From Octopus bimaculoides (lineage: Eukaryota), in NCBI RefSeq assembly GCF_001194135.2, contig NC_068993.1, forward strand, positions 42,346,481 to 42,396,042: 49,562 nucleotides of DNA, in the 5' to 3' direction. Numbering within the stretch: the stretch's first letter is position 1; each line of letters begins with the position of its first letter. The notes beneath the pieces were generated by a model. It was not told the DNA's origin and searched no databases. It saw nothing but the letters and a program-made list of their open reading frames with translations. The position numbers and the translations under genes were made by a program. Below are positions 11,822 to 24,083 of this stretch, piece by piece.

Positions 11822-12090
11822 AACATGGCTATGCGGCTAAGAATCTCGCTTACAAGCTTATGACTTGAGGTTCAATTCCCTTGTGTATCACTTTGGGGAA
11901 TTGTCTTTGTAATAACCCCGATCGACCAATACCTTGTGAATGAATTTGGAAGAGGTATGCTGTGTGGAAGCGCATCGTATGTGTATATTTGTGTGTGTGT
12001 GTGTCTTTGTGTTTCTGTTTGTATACCAACCGGGGAGCTTAGCAACTGATGTTGTTTTATTTATATTCCTCTAACTCAGCGAACATATAT
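11822..12090 (+). mobile_element. Degenerate SINE, family B
   Basis: ATGGCTATGCGGCTAAGAA...GGTTCAATTCCC...CGACCAATACCTTGTGAATGAATTTGG, then (TG)n and a partial tail. Confidence 0.65.
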
Positions 12091-12646
12091 TTCCGGGACC
12101 CGACTGCTTTGCACGGCACTGTGCGCAAGTGACTCTTACAACAGCCCCGAGATGAGTCATATCTAATAAATAAATTTGGTAACCTGGAGCTGGTGAATTT
12201 GACGTTTTACAGCTGTTCCTGGGATAACCCAAGTGGTTGGTTAGCATATCCTTGCAATGGGTATTCAGAGACCGGGTATGAATATTTTAGACGGAAAATT
12301 TAGTTTACAAAGAATAAAACTCATAGTTTATGAATAATGAAATAGAAGAATAAAGTAGTAAAATCGAAGGATAGATATATGTATGTATGTATGTATGTAC
12401 GTATGTATGTATAAAATGTGGAAGGATGTGCCTCACAGTTGGAGGTCTGAAAAACATGTTAAGCGAGTGCATATGGTGGCACCTGTTTCTCCTACCAGCC
12501 AGCTCAGCTATGCAGTATGTAATAAAATGTGAAAAACTATGGCTGAGCTTAAATGCCATATAACATCATCACATCTCATCAATAATGAATCACCTCAGTA
12601 AATCGTTTTTGGCAATGGCTTTTCACGTGTAACGAGGGTGCAGCTA

Positions 12647-12696
<50 letters not shown>

Positions 12697-14275
12697 ATAT
12701 TCGATGGAATAAGCAGCAAACTTACAGAACAATAAGTGTTAGGATCGATGTTTTCGAATAAACCTTCTAAAACGGCAGCAATTGGCCTCCGTCCAATAAC
12801 GGAAACAAGTAGTCGATGAAAAATATGGATATTCCAAAACTCCAATTTATTCATGTATAAATTTGTGCAAAACAATTTTGATTACTCTCGTTTGCATTTA
12901 GAACTTAATGTAGAAGCATCAAGACATATGTTGATAGATCTTCGATCAACGATGCCAAGACGTCATACAAATGACAGTTCATAAAACGATTATTTAAAAA
13001 GTATATATACATGTAACCGCATTCATCACTGATCCAAGATAATACGGTATTCTCGTTTGTGGACGATGTTAAGCTTATCACGATCGGTGATTAGACGGCT
13101 TGGAGATCAGTCGAAGATGTTTGTACCACAAAATCACGTCTCGCTGACAGCGATAATGCACTGACTGTCGGCTAGGTTTAAATGATCGGGCTGCAAGCCT
13201 GCATATTGTTATTACAAATTTAAATACTCGTACTAATGAATTCGGGACCAGAGAACAGAAATAAATTCAAGGGAGCCCGATCTTAATAAACTGCGCATTC
13301 ACCACAGGAATAGGTAAATATGATCGAGAAAATACGAGACAGTAGAAGCTCCGCTGCTCTGGGCCAAGAGCGAAGATGATTCGTTTATCATTGATCCATT
13401 AAGCACTGCGATTTTTGGAAGCAAACTTCCATGATAAACGAACATAGAGATATTATGTACTGGATTAAAAAAATAACCTTCAATTTGAAAAACGGTAAGG
13501 TATCACACTTCTCTGGATTACACTTAATGCATGGTTTGTCACGTAGGTAGCTTTCCACCATTTTTCTCTTCTACGGGTTTTTGACTTTGTGATTTATGTG
13601 CTATTACATATAACTGGATTAGTATCGGAGGACATTGTTTGTTCATTGATTAAGCTCATTGATTATAAGGTATACTTTTATATATTATTCATTTATTTAT
13701 TTACTTTTACTAATTCCAAACTTTCAAAGTTTCCACAAGCACGTTATCAATGTACTCGAAAAGAACCGTTTCCTACAATGAACCGGGTCGATCACTTGCG
13801 AAATTACACCAGCATTGCGACAGATATATACAAAGACAATTTTCAAGAGATGCAAAGCCAATTTTGTACGGTTGGGAGCATTACTGATCGAACAGTCTCC
13901 AGTACATTATTATATTACTATTGCTCTAACTTATCGATTCTATAGCGATAGAATGCAAAACTAAAATCAGTAACATTATAAAGCAGAATAACCAAGCACC
14001 AAACTGCATAGAGCATCTGAGTTAGTTAGCTTCTGATAACACACATATGTATTGTACAATAAACAAAAGTTCGGTAATATATTATACATCATAATAGCAA
14101 AAATAAATAAATAAATACGTTTCTCCATTCACGAATTTCAGTACATTGTAGAAAAAATAATCTATAATGTGCGATACATACATAGCACACATGAGAAAAA
14201 CTTAATGATCAAAACGGATTTTATTTTAAAGACGTATTTACATAGACTACGTTTGATTGTGCAGTAGTTACTTAC

Positions 14276-14346
14276 TTTGTGAAGATCATAGTTGCTGGAT
14301 GGGCAGGAATATATTACTGGTAGATAATCTTCAGGAACAGAGATAT
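14276..14346 (-). CDS. Candidate internal coding exon (71 nt, phase 1 to 0): ISVPEDYLPVIYSCPSSNYDLHK
   Basis: Acceptor TTTCCTACAG and donor AA|GTAAGT; exactly one frame is open. No homology recognised. Confidence 0.4.
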
Positions 14347-14439
14347 CTGTAGGAAATTTACGTTCGTTGTATAGTTTAATGTGTCATAATGCTGTGTTGT
14401 GTAAAATACCATATTGCCACGAGGTAGTGCCGCGTTCCC

Positions 14440-14607
14440 ACCCAAGTCAGGATATGGCTGACTATCATAGCTTCAGGTCGTGAAATAACGTAAAATAACG
14501 TGAAATAAAGTGTCTTGCTCAAGGACACAACGCGTCGCCGGGAATCGAACTCACGACCTTACGATCGGGAGCCGAATACCCTAACCACTAAGGCAGGCAA
14601 CTTCACT
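14440..14607 (-). mobile_element. tRNA-derived SINE, family C (V-SINE/MetaSINE-like core)
   Basis: Box A TAGTGGTTAGG, box B GAGTTCGATTCC, then GTGTCCTTGAGCAAGACACTTT. Confidence 0.8.
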
Positions 14608-14694
14608 TACAATAATGATGATGATGATGATGAGGAGGAGGATGATGATGATGATGATGCAATGATAATGCAAGATAATGATAATGCAAGATAA

Positions 14695-15075
14695 TGATAA
14701 TGCAGAGATCCTATGGGATTTTATGATTCAGTGCGACCATGAGATAGAGAATAGGAAGCCAGAGAAAGTCTTAATTGAGAAAGAAAGCAAACGATGCTAG
14801 ATCATAGATATAGCATGCCCAGCTGACAACAAGGTATGCGATAAAAGAAGAAAGAAATGTCGTTAGATATGACAGGTTAGCTTGAGAGTTTATGCAGTCG
14901 TAGTCGATGAAAAAGGTGGTAGTAGTACCAGTAGCGGTCGGGATCCTGGGAACAGTGAGTAAAAATCTCTAGAAGTACAGGGAACAAATAGGGGTTGCAA
15001 TAAGGGTGCAGCACTTGCAGAAAACAGCACTGTTTGGAACCACTCGAATATAGAGAAGCAGAAAGGTGACATTGT
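14695..15075 (+). mobile_element. Decayed RLE-domain 3' fragment of an R4/Dong-like non-LTR retrotransposon
   Basis: NAEILWDFMIQCDHEIENRKPEKVLIEKESKRC*IIDIACPADNKV...KKVVVVPVAVGILGTVSKNL*KYREQIGVAIRVQHLQKTALFGTTRI. Confidence 0.9.
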
Positions 15076-15084
15076 GGAGTTACT

Positions 15085-15265
15085 CCTTTACTTGTTTCCG
15101 TCACTTGACTGCGGCCATGCTGGAGTACCGCCTTGAAGGTCTTTAATCGAACAAAACGACCCCTTATTTTTGAAGCCTAGTATTTATTCTATTGTTGTTG
15201 GGGTTTTTTTTGGCCGAACCGCTTAGTTATGGGGATATAAACGCCGCAACATTAGTCAAATAATG
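15085..15265 (-). mobile_element. 3' half of SINE family B
   Basis: TTGACTGCGGCCATGCTGGAGTACCGCCTT...AAGCCTAGTATTTATTCTAT, homologous to 22565-22720. Confidence 0.8.
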
Positions 15266-15287
15266 GGTTGGGTTCGAAATTCCACCA

Positions 15288-15335
15288 TAACACATGATGA
15301 AGGCTGGAGAGTATACTAGCTGAAACGTTGTGATA
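15288..15335 (+). ncRNA. Minimal type-I hammerhead-ribozyme-like motif (core C3 to A)
   Basis: Stem I TAACAC/GTGATA (5 of 6 pairs); core ATGATGA; extra A; stem II GGCTGG/CTAGCT; GAAA; palindromic ACGT; GTT triplet. Confidence 0.6.
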
Positions 15336-15835
15336 ACAACAAACACGATGAGGACACCTATCTCTCCATTGTAAATAATGTACAGCAACAGCGGTTATAA
15401 GCGGTGCCGGGTGTGAAACAGAAAGACACACACATAGATACATACCTACATATATAGGCCGACTTCGGAGTTAGGATGCACCAAGTTGGAATTTCTCCGT
15501 TTTGACGGAGATTTTTCAGATTTCTTTAAATGGTTCCCTTGGAAATGATCTAGAGTATTTATTTTACAAAAAACAAAAAAAACAAACTTATCTTCCCTTC
15601 TCTGCAGCGACTGTGTCAATTTTATGGGCATCATGCACTTAAAATCCAGGCATGACTACAGATTTCTGCTCCACCGATTTTGGATGATCATAACTTTCAG
15701 AAAAGCGATAGTGGGGAATAGAAAATTTTAAAAACATGGATTTTGGCATATTCAGAATCTCTGTCATCGAAAACGTAGGAGTCTGGTGAAAAAAATTAGG
15801 TCGATATTTTCGTGCTGGTGTACTGGTAAACATTA

Positions 15836-15927
15836 GCAGCGGAATTCGAACTCAGAACGTAAGGACGGACGAAACGCCGCAAAGCAATTTTCCTGGAGCG
15901 CTAACGATTCTACCAGCTCGCCGCCTT
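15836..15927 (-). mobile_element. 5' fragment of SINE family A
   Basis: Reverse complement AAGGCGGCGAGCTGGTAGAATCGTTAGCGC...GAGTTCGAATTCC. Confidence 0.85.
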
Positions 15928-16199
15928 CGTAATAAGAATAATGATAATAATAATTATAATAATAATAATAATAATAAACTTCTACACACTCTATTCTTAC
16001 ACATTTGAAAAAAAGGAGACTATTGTCATAGACTGAAGCCAGAGGAAGAGAAAATGACATGACACGTGAATAAGGAAAAAATAAAAACTGCTAACGTATA
16101 CATTACGATTTTTATGTTCGCTTATACAGAGGCTCTGAACACGATGACTACTTCATGTTTACAGCTATCAGTATCATCAGCAGCATCAGCAAGCTTATG

Positions 16200-16392
16200 T
16201 ACATCATCATCAGCAAGGCAGCATCATCATCAACACCGTCATCATCATCATCATCTTCATTGTCATCATCACCATCATCATCGTTATCATCCTCCTTCTC
16301 GTCATCATCATCATCATCGTCGTCATTGTCATCATCATCATCATCATCATCATCAACAACATCAACATCAACATCAACATCGTGATCGTCAT

Positions 16393-16433
<41 letters not shown>

Positions 16434-16702
16434 TCATCACCGTCACCGTCATCATCACTATCATCATTGTCATCATCACTATCATCATTGTTACCATCCT
16501 CCTTCTCGTCATCATTATCATCGCCGTCATTGTTATCATCATCATCATTATCATCATCATCACCCATCATCATCATCATCATCATCATCAACAACATCAA
16601 CATCAACATCGTGATCGTCATCATCATCACCGTCAGCAACAGCAGCATAATCATGATCGAGAGCATCATAATCATCATCGTCATTGTCATTGTCATCATC
16701 AC

Positions 16703-16747
<45 letters not shown>

Positions 16748-16750
16748 TAG
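16200..16750. repeat. Long degenerate (CAT)n microsatellite with an internal higher-order duplication
   Basis: Seen directly. Source of the poly-H, poly-S, poly-I, poly-M and poly-D ORFs. Confidence 0.95.
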
Positions 16751-17539
16751 CAGTATTTAAAATGCAAGTGCTTCAATACAAGACAGTTTGTCACTTATCT
16801 TTCTCTCGTATTACATAATTTTTTCCCCTCTTGTTGAATTCATTCCATTGTATATTATCTCACAGCTGTTCCTTTTTTTTTTCTGCCTTTAACTTTTTCT
16901 CGCAGAAACCTCATATTCTCTAAACTGATATTCCTATTTTACTTCATTTATTATTCAAAGTATCCCATTCTAAGAAATTCGTTTACAATTTTACTGCGAT
17001 ATTACAGATAGATCTGGAGTGTTCTTTTTTGCTTTATTTTAGATTTCTAAGTAGCAGGTTTATATCTAACTGGAGTTGGAAAGTTTAAAATTTTGTGGAT
17101 ATGTCAGCGAATGTCGTTACATGCAAAGAAAGGATTACCTGCTTGAAAAAGAAACCAAACACAAAAAAAAAAATGAGAAAACACTAAACTCTAAATAAGA
17201 TGTATAAATATGCTTGTCTCAGATGCTTACCTTCAATCACGTTGCAACTGAGTGTTTTTACACACACACACACGTACCCACACACGCACACACATATACT
17301 CACACACACACACAAACATATATACAAATGCATATGCATATATATCATATATATATGTATATGCATATATATCATATATATATATATGTATATGCATATA
17401 CATCATATATATATATATATATAATACATCATTATTTACTCCCTGTCTTAAAACTATATAGACATATGTAAAGTTTATATACGTACATACATGTAGAGGT
17501 ATGTGTATATGTAAATATATACATATACATACATACGTA

Positions 17540-17600
<61 letters not shown>

Positions 17601-17930
17601 GCGAGGGAGCGTCAAAAAATATACGCATTCCTACTTTTTCAATGGGGCAAAATCTGGACTGCAGGCACGGTGTTCTGTCACTTCAAAATCCAATTGGTTA
17701 ATGGTTTTATCGGTCTTGACGGCCGTGTGTGGGCGTGCATTGTCATGCAACTGCAAACCTTTCTTCGGCAGTAGGCTTGGGCGTTTGGTGTGAATTGCTG
17801 GCTTGAGTTTGTTGGCCAGCAAAGCAGTGTGTCTTGCACTGGTCATCGTAATCCCCTTTTCCAGAGAAATCGGATCACTGCTTTTTGTTCGTCTTTGGTG
17901 AACATTTCTACTGGAACTTTGATCAATGAC
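17601..17930 (-). mobile_element. Mariner (Tc1/mariner superfamily) internally deleted remnant with 3' TIR
   Basis: LEKGITMTSARHTALLANKLKPAIHTKR...LHDNARPHTA...CSPDFAP matches the mariner motifs HDNARPH and YSPDLAP. Terminus CGAGGGAGCGTCAAAAAA lies beside a TA tract. Confidence 0.88.
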
Positions 17931-18038
17931 CATTATATTACCAACTATAAGCATGAAAGTTCCGAAAGCAGTGTGGCAATAATAGAGAAATGTTATGGCG
18001 GAAGTGCAGATAATTTTTGATTCCTCCTTGTATGTATG

Positions 18039-18107
<69 letters not shown>

Positions 18108-18479
18108 ATAATATACATATATATGTGTGTGTATATAATATATATGTAACATATGGTATAAATATAAACAGGGAAAATTTTAGCCATTTTCCCCGCAGAC
18201 TGTAGAAAAAATGACGTGCAACCTTAATCGATTTTCGAACCTTACTGGATTCTCAACAGAGGAGTCTATATCATTCTCACAGTCTCCAGAGAAGAAAGCT
18301 ACCAAACTGTTTATATACTCAACAAACGCAGCAGTTATTTTATGAAGGTGTCCCTAATTTGCATACCGAAAGTGTTTAACCCTATAAATACACGCGACCT
18401 GTCAACGGGAATCTTAGTTTACACAGTACCAAGGTATCATATAATATATATGTAACATATGCCTCTACCTCTCTCTCTT

Positions 18480-18990
18480 CTCTCCCCACGTGACCCATTT
18501 TCGGCCTAGCCTGACCTTTCTTTCTTGATTCGGCTGCTGTCCGTGCAACATCTATATTCTTTCCTGTGCCTGTGAAATCTTGTATCCCTGCTGTAAGGCT
18601 TTACTTCCACACACGACAGCTTAATTTACTTTCTCCTTAGTCGAAAGACACCTATTGTTATGTCCTGTTATTTGTATTTGTGTAACTTTCTCCGTTTTTG
18701 TTCCGTCCATGTTTTCGTATACATTCGCTGTTTTCTTCTAAGCAATCTAATGCTCTCTGCTTAGTTTTTCCTTGGGGCTGGCCAGATTGGAGCAATCTCG
18801 AATATAACCAGCCGAAATTGCAAAGATAATCTGGAACTCGACTGAGGATAGAAAATTCCGAATGACGCGCTCTTGTTTTCTTTGTATCGTCTATTTGTTT
18901 TTTTTTTTTTTTTTTTTTTGCTTCTTTCTTGTATCACCTAACTGCCTGGATGTTTTGCGTTCTTGTCCCATTTTGTATATATATATATAT
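18480..18990 (+). repeat. Probable interspersed repeat of unknown class between microsatellites
   Basis: Pyrimidine-rich segment bounded by (CT)n and (TA)n, containing CTGAGGA...CCGAA. Only one copy in the window. Confidence 0.3.
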
Positions 18991-21900
18991 ATTCTCGGCA
19001 TTTGATTCACTTTTCTAACTGTCTAGATACATACATACATACATACATACATACTTACTTACTTACTTACTTACTTACACTTGTACGTACGTACTTACAC
19101 ACCAACATGTTTAATTTAGATATAACCAGCGTTACTGGTGTTGCCTTTGACTTTTAGACCTCTGAATTAATGAAGCCAATTCTGTGTCCGTCGCTCTAAC
19201 TCATTACTTTCCAAAATATATTTGTCAAGGAACACATACCAATATCATCCATTTCTGCTAACCGAAATTCTCATAATTGCAAATAGTCTGTCTAGGATAA
19301 AAGAACGTTAGCTGCATTAGATTAGTTGTGAAATGGGAATTAATCAATGTTAGGTAATTACAATGACTATGTTAATTGAATGGTCGTTGTCATCAATACA
19401 ATATCAATGCATTCCCTTCTACATTTATTTGGCCAAACAACCGACCTCACCTCCGCTCGTTAGTGATTGTTGTTATTGCAAATAGGGGCTGCTTTGTAGT
19501 CTTAAATACCGATCAAATTCAAAAGCCGTAACAAAATAATGACTTCATTTTAGATATTTACTAATGTTGATGCACTAGTTTTACACAAAGAAGCGATTTC
19601 TGAAATCTAAGCGTAATCATAGGTGACAAAAATCTGTGTATTTCATGCCAGTGTTTTGAGAAAACAATATTTTTATATTAAAAATATAATGCAGAATCTC
19701 TTGAACGAAATCTTGTAAATACATATCCATAGGAGAAGTAAACGCTGTCCGCATACATTGACAATGCTTTTGATACCCACTGAAAATTTCACAGTATATA
19801 TGTCACATAAGTTAAAACACTGCAGTTTTCAATTACACTCATAAGTTGTCTGTTAACAATATAACTTATAAAATGGCTTTTACTTCTTTGCAATGGGATC
19901 AGTCAAAGGAGAAGCGCCCGTATACCTTTTCAGTGGGTATGGAATAATGTGAACAAAGAACTGCTTTGAATCTTGCAACAATGAGGTTGGTTCGCCATTT
20001 TCGTTATTTGTCAGTGGTATGGCAGAGAAAGTAACTTAACTATCTCTACTTTGCTTGGCTGTTTCCAGAAGTAAGTATCTAATACGAAGTACAATTACCA
20101 CCTTTCCACCCACGAAAGAACAGGTCAATACATTTGCAGCATCCATGGAGCTGCACAGGATACTGGATAATGGTTTAGTATAACAGTGTCTCAACCTGCG
20201 GATTTTTGTAAGGGTTTACTCCCATGGCCTTTTAAAAAAGTTTCGGTAAATTACCCTATAGGGTAGAAGGAATGTATTGTTATAGTGAGAAGATCCAGTT
20301 CCACCTTCTCGTCCTTGAAATTTGTATTGGTCTAGTGCAGCAAGCGGAAGGAGCCCAATAGTTACCAGGATACAAGATTTGTATGGAGTTAGCTTCTCTT
20401 AGACAACCGGCAAAAGAGCTAAACTGTCTCATCAGCTTTGGGTTCGTTGGTGTCTGTGAGTGACGTTTTTCCGGATCCAATTCCCTGACATGCTAATAAA
20501 CGTCAGTTGGGACCTTCGCAGGTTCTACTAGTCCGGGTCAAAGTAGATCTACAACAGTAGTGGCTAAAAAATGATTCTATACTCTTCGAAACATAGAACC
20601 CCTGAACCAGATCCTTCACTACAAGATGAAGTTGAAAATCATATCCACATCCCTTGTAGTCACCTAAAGCCACTCGAGGGCCAAGCAATGGATTAAGCCT
20701 CTTACTCTTATTCACTACAATTAACTGGGGCCATACGACAATCTGTTGCTTTACCAAGTTGTAGCTCTGTTTCTTTTATTTCTTTCTTTCTTTTTTTAAT
20801 TTACTGTCAATTACAATTACAACTCTCAACCTTCCGTGATCTGAAAACTTATGAGAAAGTTGAGAGACTCTGAAAAAAAAAAAAAGGTAAAGACGATAAA
20901 ACGTTCATAGTCTCATATTTACACTGACAACTAAAGAGATAATAAAACTGTGTAGAAATCGACTTTTCTAACACAAATTAGAGCTGAAAAATGGTAGTAG
21001 ATGTTTAGTTGATTCAAGTATTTAATTTTACTTTCCACCTTTTTCTTCTTTTTTTTTTTTTTTTTAATTCAGATATTTTCAAGATTTTTTTTTTATGAAA
21101 ATGTGGATGTTTTCCTGAATTATTTTGTTTCCTTTCTTATTTTTGTAATGACATAAAACAGAAAAATTCTAATTACGTATTGATCCGTATATTAATGTAT
21201 AAATGTGCTATATACTTGTCTGCGTATTTTGTGATTACATTTTGTTCCATTATTTATATATCGTCTGCTTTAGACGCTAAAATTAAAGCGCTTTTATTTT
21301 TTTAAATAAGAAATTTTCTAAACTAAATACTAGTATTTTATGGGTTTTTATTTTAATGCTAATGCTTTGGGTTTTGTTTTGTTTTGTTTCTTCTAATAAA
21401 GAATATTGATAAATCTCGAAATTTAATTCAACTAAATATAAAATTTAATTAGTTTACAATTATCGATTTCTTACTTAGGGACATAAACTACAAATTTATA
21501 GAGAAGGGTTACCACAAACTGATATGAGGAAAATAGCCAAACATCTGTATTGAAGTATAGTGATGAAAGGATTAAATAATCATGCTTTTTTCGATCACAT
21601 TAACAATGTAAGTGAAATGTTCGACTTGAGCCAGTAATATAATTTAGGTTAAGGACTTAAGATTATTTTCTTCACATTGTGCTGTCACACATATGTATGT
21701 TATTAGCTACATTTTCAAAGAAGAATCGCTTGTATACAGGTGTATGTCAACTACTTGATGAGGATTCACTTGTACATTCTTCTATATAACAAAGTACTTC
21801 CCTATGACGGACTCGCTTACGACTTAATAATTTCAGTGTATTAGAAGAAAAAACACTGGCGTTGAAGTAAATTGAACGCTAGTGAAATTTAAAGCCTCGA

Positions 21901-22299
21901 GCGATGAACCAGTTGTCACCCAGGATAAGATACAGTATTTGAAGCTGCTCTTATCTGTTCAACTAGAATTTAGTACTAGTCTAATGCTAGTACGTCTTCC
22001 TTTCCTTCCAGCTATTACATCTTCGAAGTGCCACTAGGTCAAGTGTAGAACACACAAGACGGTGTCCATAACTGTTGCGACTACATATTCACGCAAAACA
22101 ATTTGTGAGGACAAGGTATAAGCTACGATGCCATACTTATATGCGAATAACTTAAATAATGCACTCTCTGTAGAGGATCAGTGTTTTTATCTGGGTTTCA
22201 AACGTGTTATCTGAAGTAAAATGCCTGTAATTTGCAACCTAAACAACCGTACATTCATTTTAAACTTTGCGTTAGCTTGATTCTGATGCGAAAGATAAT

Positions 22300-22488
22300 A
22301 TTTTATGATTTGATTCGCTCATGAGACTGCGACCATGCTGGGGTGCCGCCTTAAAGAGTTTAGGGGCGCATATCGCCCCCAGTACTTATTTTTTAAAGCC
22401 TGGTATTTATTCAATCGGTTGCTGAGGCATTACTGCTAAGTTACGTAGACGTAAACTAACAGCAAGCAGTGGTCATGGAGAAAGTCAT

Positions 22489-22533
<45 letters not shown>
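22300..22533. other. Duplicate of 22544-about 22770 across a 10-N gap; probable assembly overlap artefact
   Basis: The two copies look identical by eye, and the second begins exactly at the gap edge. Confidence 0.8.
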
Positions 22534-22549
22534 NNNNNNNNNNATTTTA

Positions 22550-22732
22550 TGATTTGATTCGCTCATGAGACTGCGACCATGCTGGGGTGCCGCCTTAAAG
22601 AGTTTAGGGGCGCATATCGCCCCCAGTACTTATTTTTTAAAGCCTGGTATTTATTCAATCGGTTGCTGAGGCATTACTGCTAAGTTACGTAGACGTAAAC
22701 TAACAGCAAGCAGTGGTCATGGAGAAAGTCAT

Positions 22733-22767
<35 letters not shown>

Positions 22768-22965
22768 TATATATATACACTTATATATATATACACTTAT
22801 ATATACACACACTTATATATACACGGCGACTTCTTTCAGCTTCCGTCTACCAAATCTACTCACAATTCTTTCGTGGGGCCGGAGGTGCCGAGGTCCCACG
22901 CAGTGGGACTGAACCCGGAACCATGTGTCTGAGAAGCGAGTCTCTTACCACATAACCATCTTCAC
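22550..22965 (-). mobile_element. Near-complete SINE family B with internal (TG)/(TA) microsatellite
   Basis: Head (reverse complement) ATGTGGTAAGAGACTCGC...GGTTCCGGGTTCAGTCCCACTGCGTGG...GATTTGGTAGACGGAAGC at 22823-22965; microsatellite 22733-22822; tail 22550-22732. Confidence 0.88.
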
Positions 22966-23995
22966 CAATAATGACCACTCCTTTGTTGAATAATTTCGTT
23001 CCAAATCTCCCTGTACAATTCTGGGCATTTGCATAACTGAAACGTATTTCTGATTTACGAATAAATTGGGAATATCTTGAAAATTTCGACACTTCTTATT
23101 TCCCTTCAGTAAAATTCTTAACGAAACTTTGGTAAACTAACTTAATTTTATCGGATGATTATAGGTAGACACGATAGAACTTTAACGTATCATATCTTTG
23201 CGGAGAAAGCTAACTTTAATACATTTGATTATCAAATTATGATATAAATCATGTGCAATTAGATTCCATCTGTCTTGTGTAAACAGATTACAGTTTGATA
23301 GTGAAGCCATGACAAATAAACCTTCACTAATTACGCACCATCTGTCTAGTGTGAACACATTAGTGCTATGCTATGAATCCTATACTAATAAGCCTTATAC
23401 GAGATATTCTAACCAAAGCTAACAGAGCAAAAAGTTGCCACGTATGTGGAAAATATCTATTTAAATATCAATTTTAGATTACAAGATATTTGTTTCAGTG
23501 TATTTGTGTGAAACAATAACTGAGGTTTAGAATATATTCTGCTGATTAATATTGCGTTAGTATTTCATCTTTTCTTGTCCTTGCTTCATTCATCGGATAG
23601 TGGTTATGCTGGGGTATCACATTCATGAGTTCAGTCGAATAAATTGACTGCAGTATTTATTTTTTAAGTTTGGTAAATCGGACATGGATATTTTCACGTT
23701 CTACTTGCAGAAATAGCAGTGTCTGGGAAAAGGATTAGTCACAAAATCCATTATTTTATACATTAGATTGATAAAATATTAGCTTTGACATTGTTTCAGA
23801 TTTAAGTGGTCTAATAATGTCTCTGCATTGTTTCATTTTGCCTCAGTGGTTTACAAGAGGAAGTGAAGCTAGCCACCCCTTAAAATGGGCTGACAAGATG
23901 CTATGGAAATGGCTTACAATTTTTTTAAATTTGTCCAAATATCATGGGAGAAAGATGCAAAATAAATGTTGTCTTTTCATAAATAAAAACATAAC

Positions 23996-24083
23996 CTGAG
24001 CGTCAGAACTTCCAATGCGATTTGAGGGAAGGCTGTTGTTTTGGGTTTTGTCAGTTTGAGAACCGGTGACTTCTTTCAAGACA
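23996..24083 (-). CDS. Candidate exon (88 nt, phase 2 to 0): VLKEVTGSQTDKTQNNSLPSNRIGSSDAQ
   Basis: Pyrimidine tract followed by TCTAG acceptor; donor CAG|GTTATG; one open frame. Confidence 0.2.

Noticed and set aside
12203-12273. Minus-strand hammerhead-like relic (CTGAATA...GGAA-CAGCTG-TA)
   Set aside because: Two core positions are altered and stem II is unclear. At best a dead relic.
13030-13090. FVDDVKLI, resembling the RT motif FADD
   Set aside because: No flanking reverse-transcriptase motifs could be traced.
14520-14600. tRNA-like sequence with good A and B boxes
   Set aside because: It continues into a SINE core and lacks a complete acceptor stem, so it is a SINE head and not a tRNA gene.
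18842-18875. Canonical CTGAGGA followed by CCGAAT
   Set aside because: Stem II is poor, GAAA is broken, and no stem I or cleavage triplet can be assigned.
20460-20495. Minus-strand QGIGSGKTS, Walker-A-like
   Set aside because: It lacks the first glycine, sits in a short stop-bounded frame and has no NTPase context.
21999-22125. Plus-strand segment with a strong acceptor (CTTCCTTTCCTTCCAG) and a donor (AAG|GTATAA)
   Set aside because: All three frames contain stops. It could only be a non-coding exon, which is unsupported.
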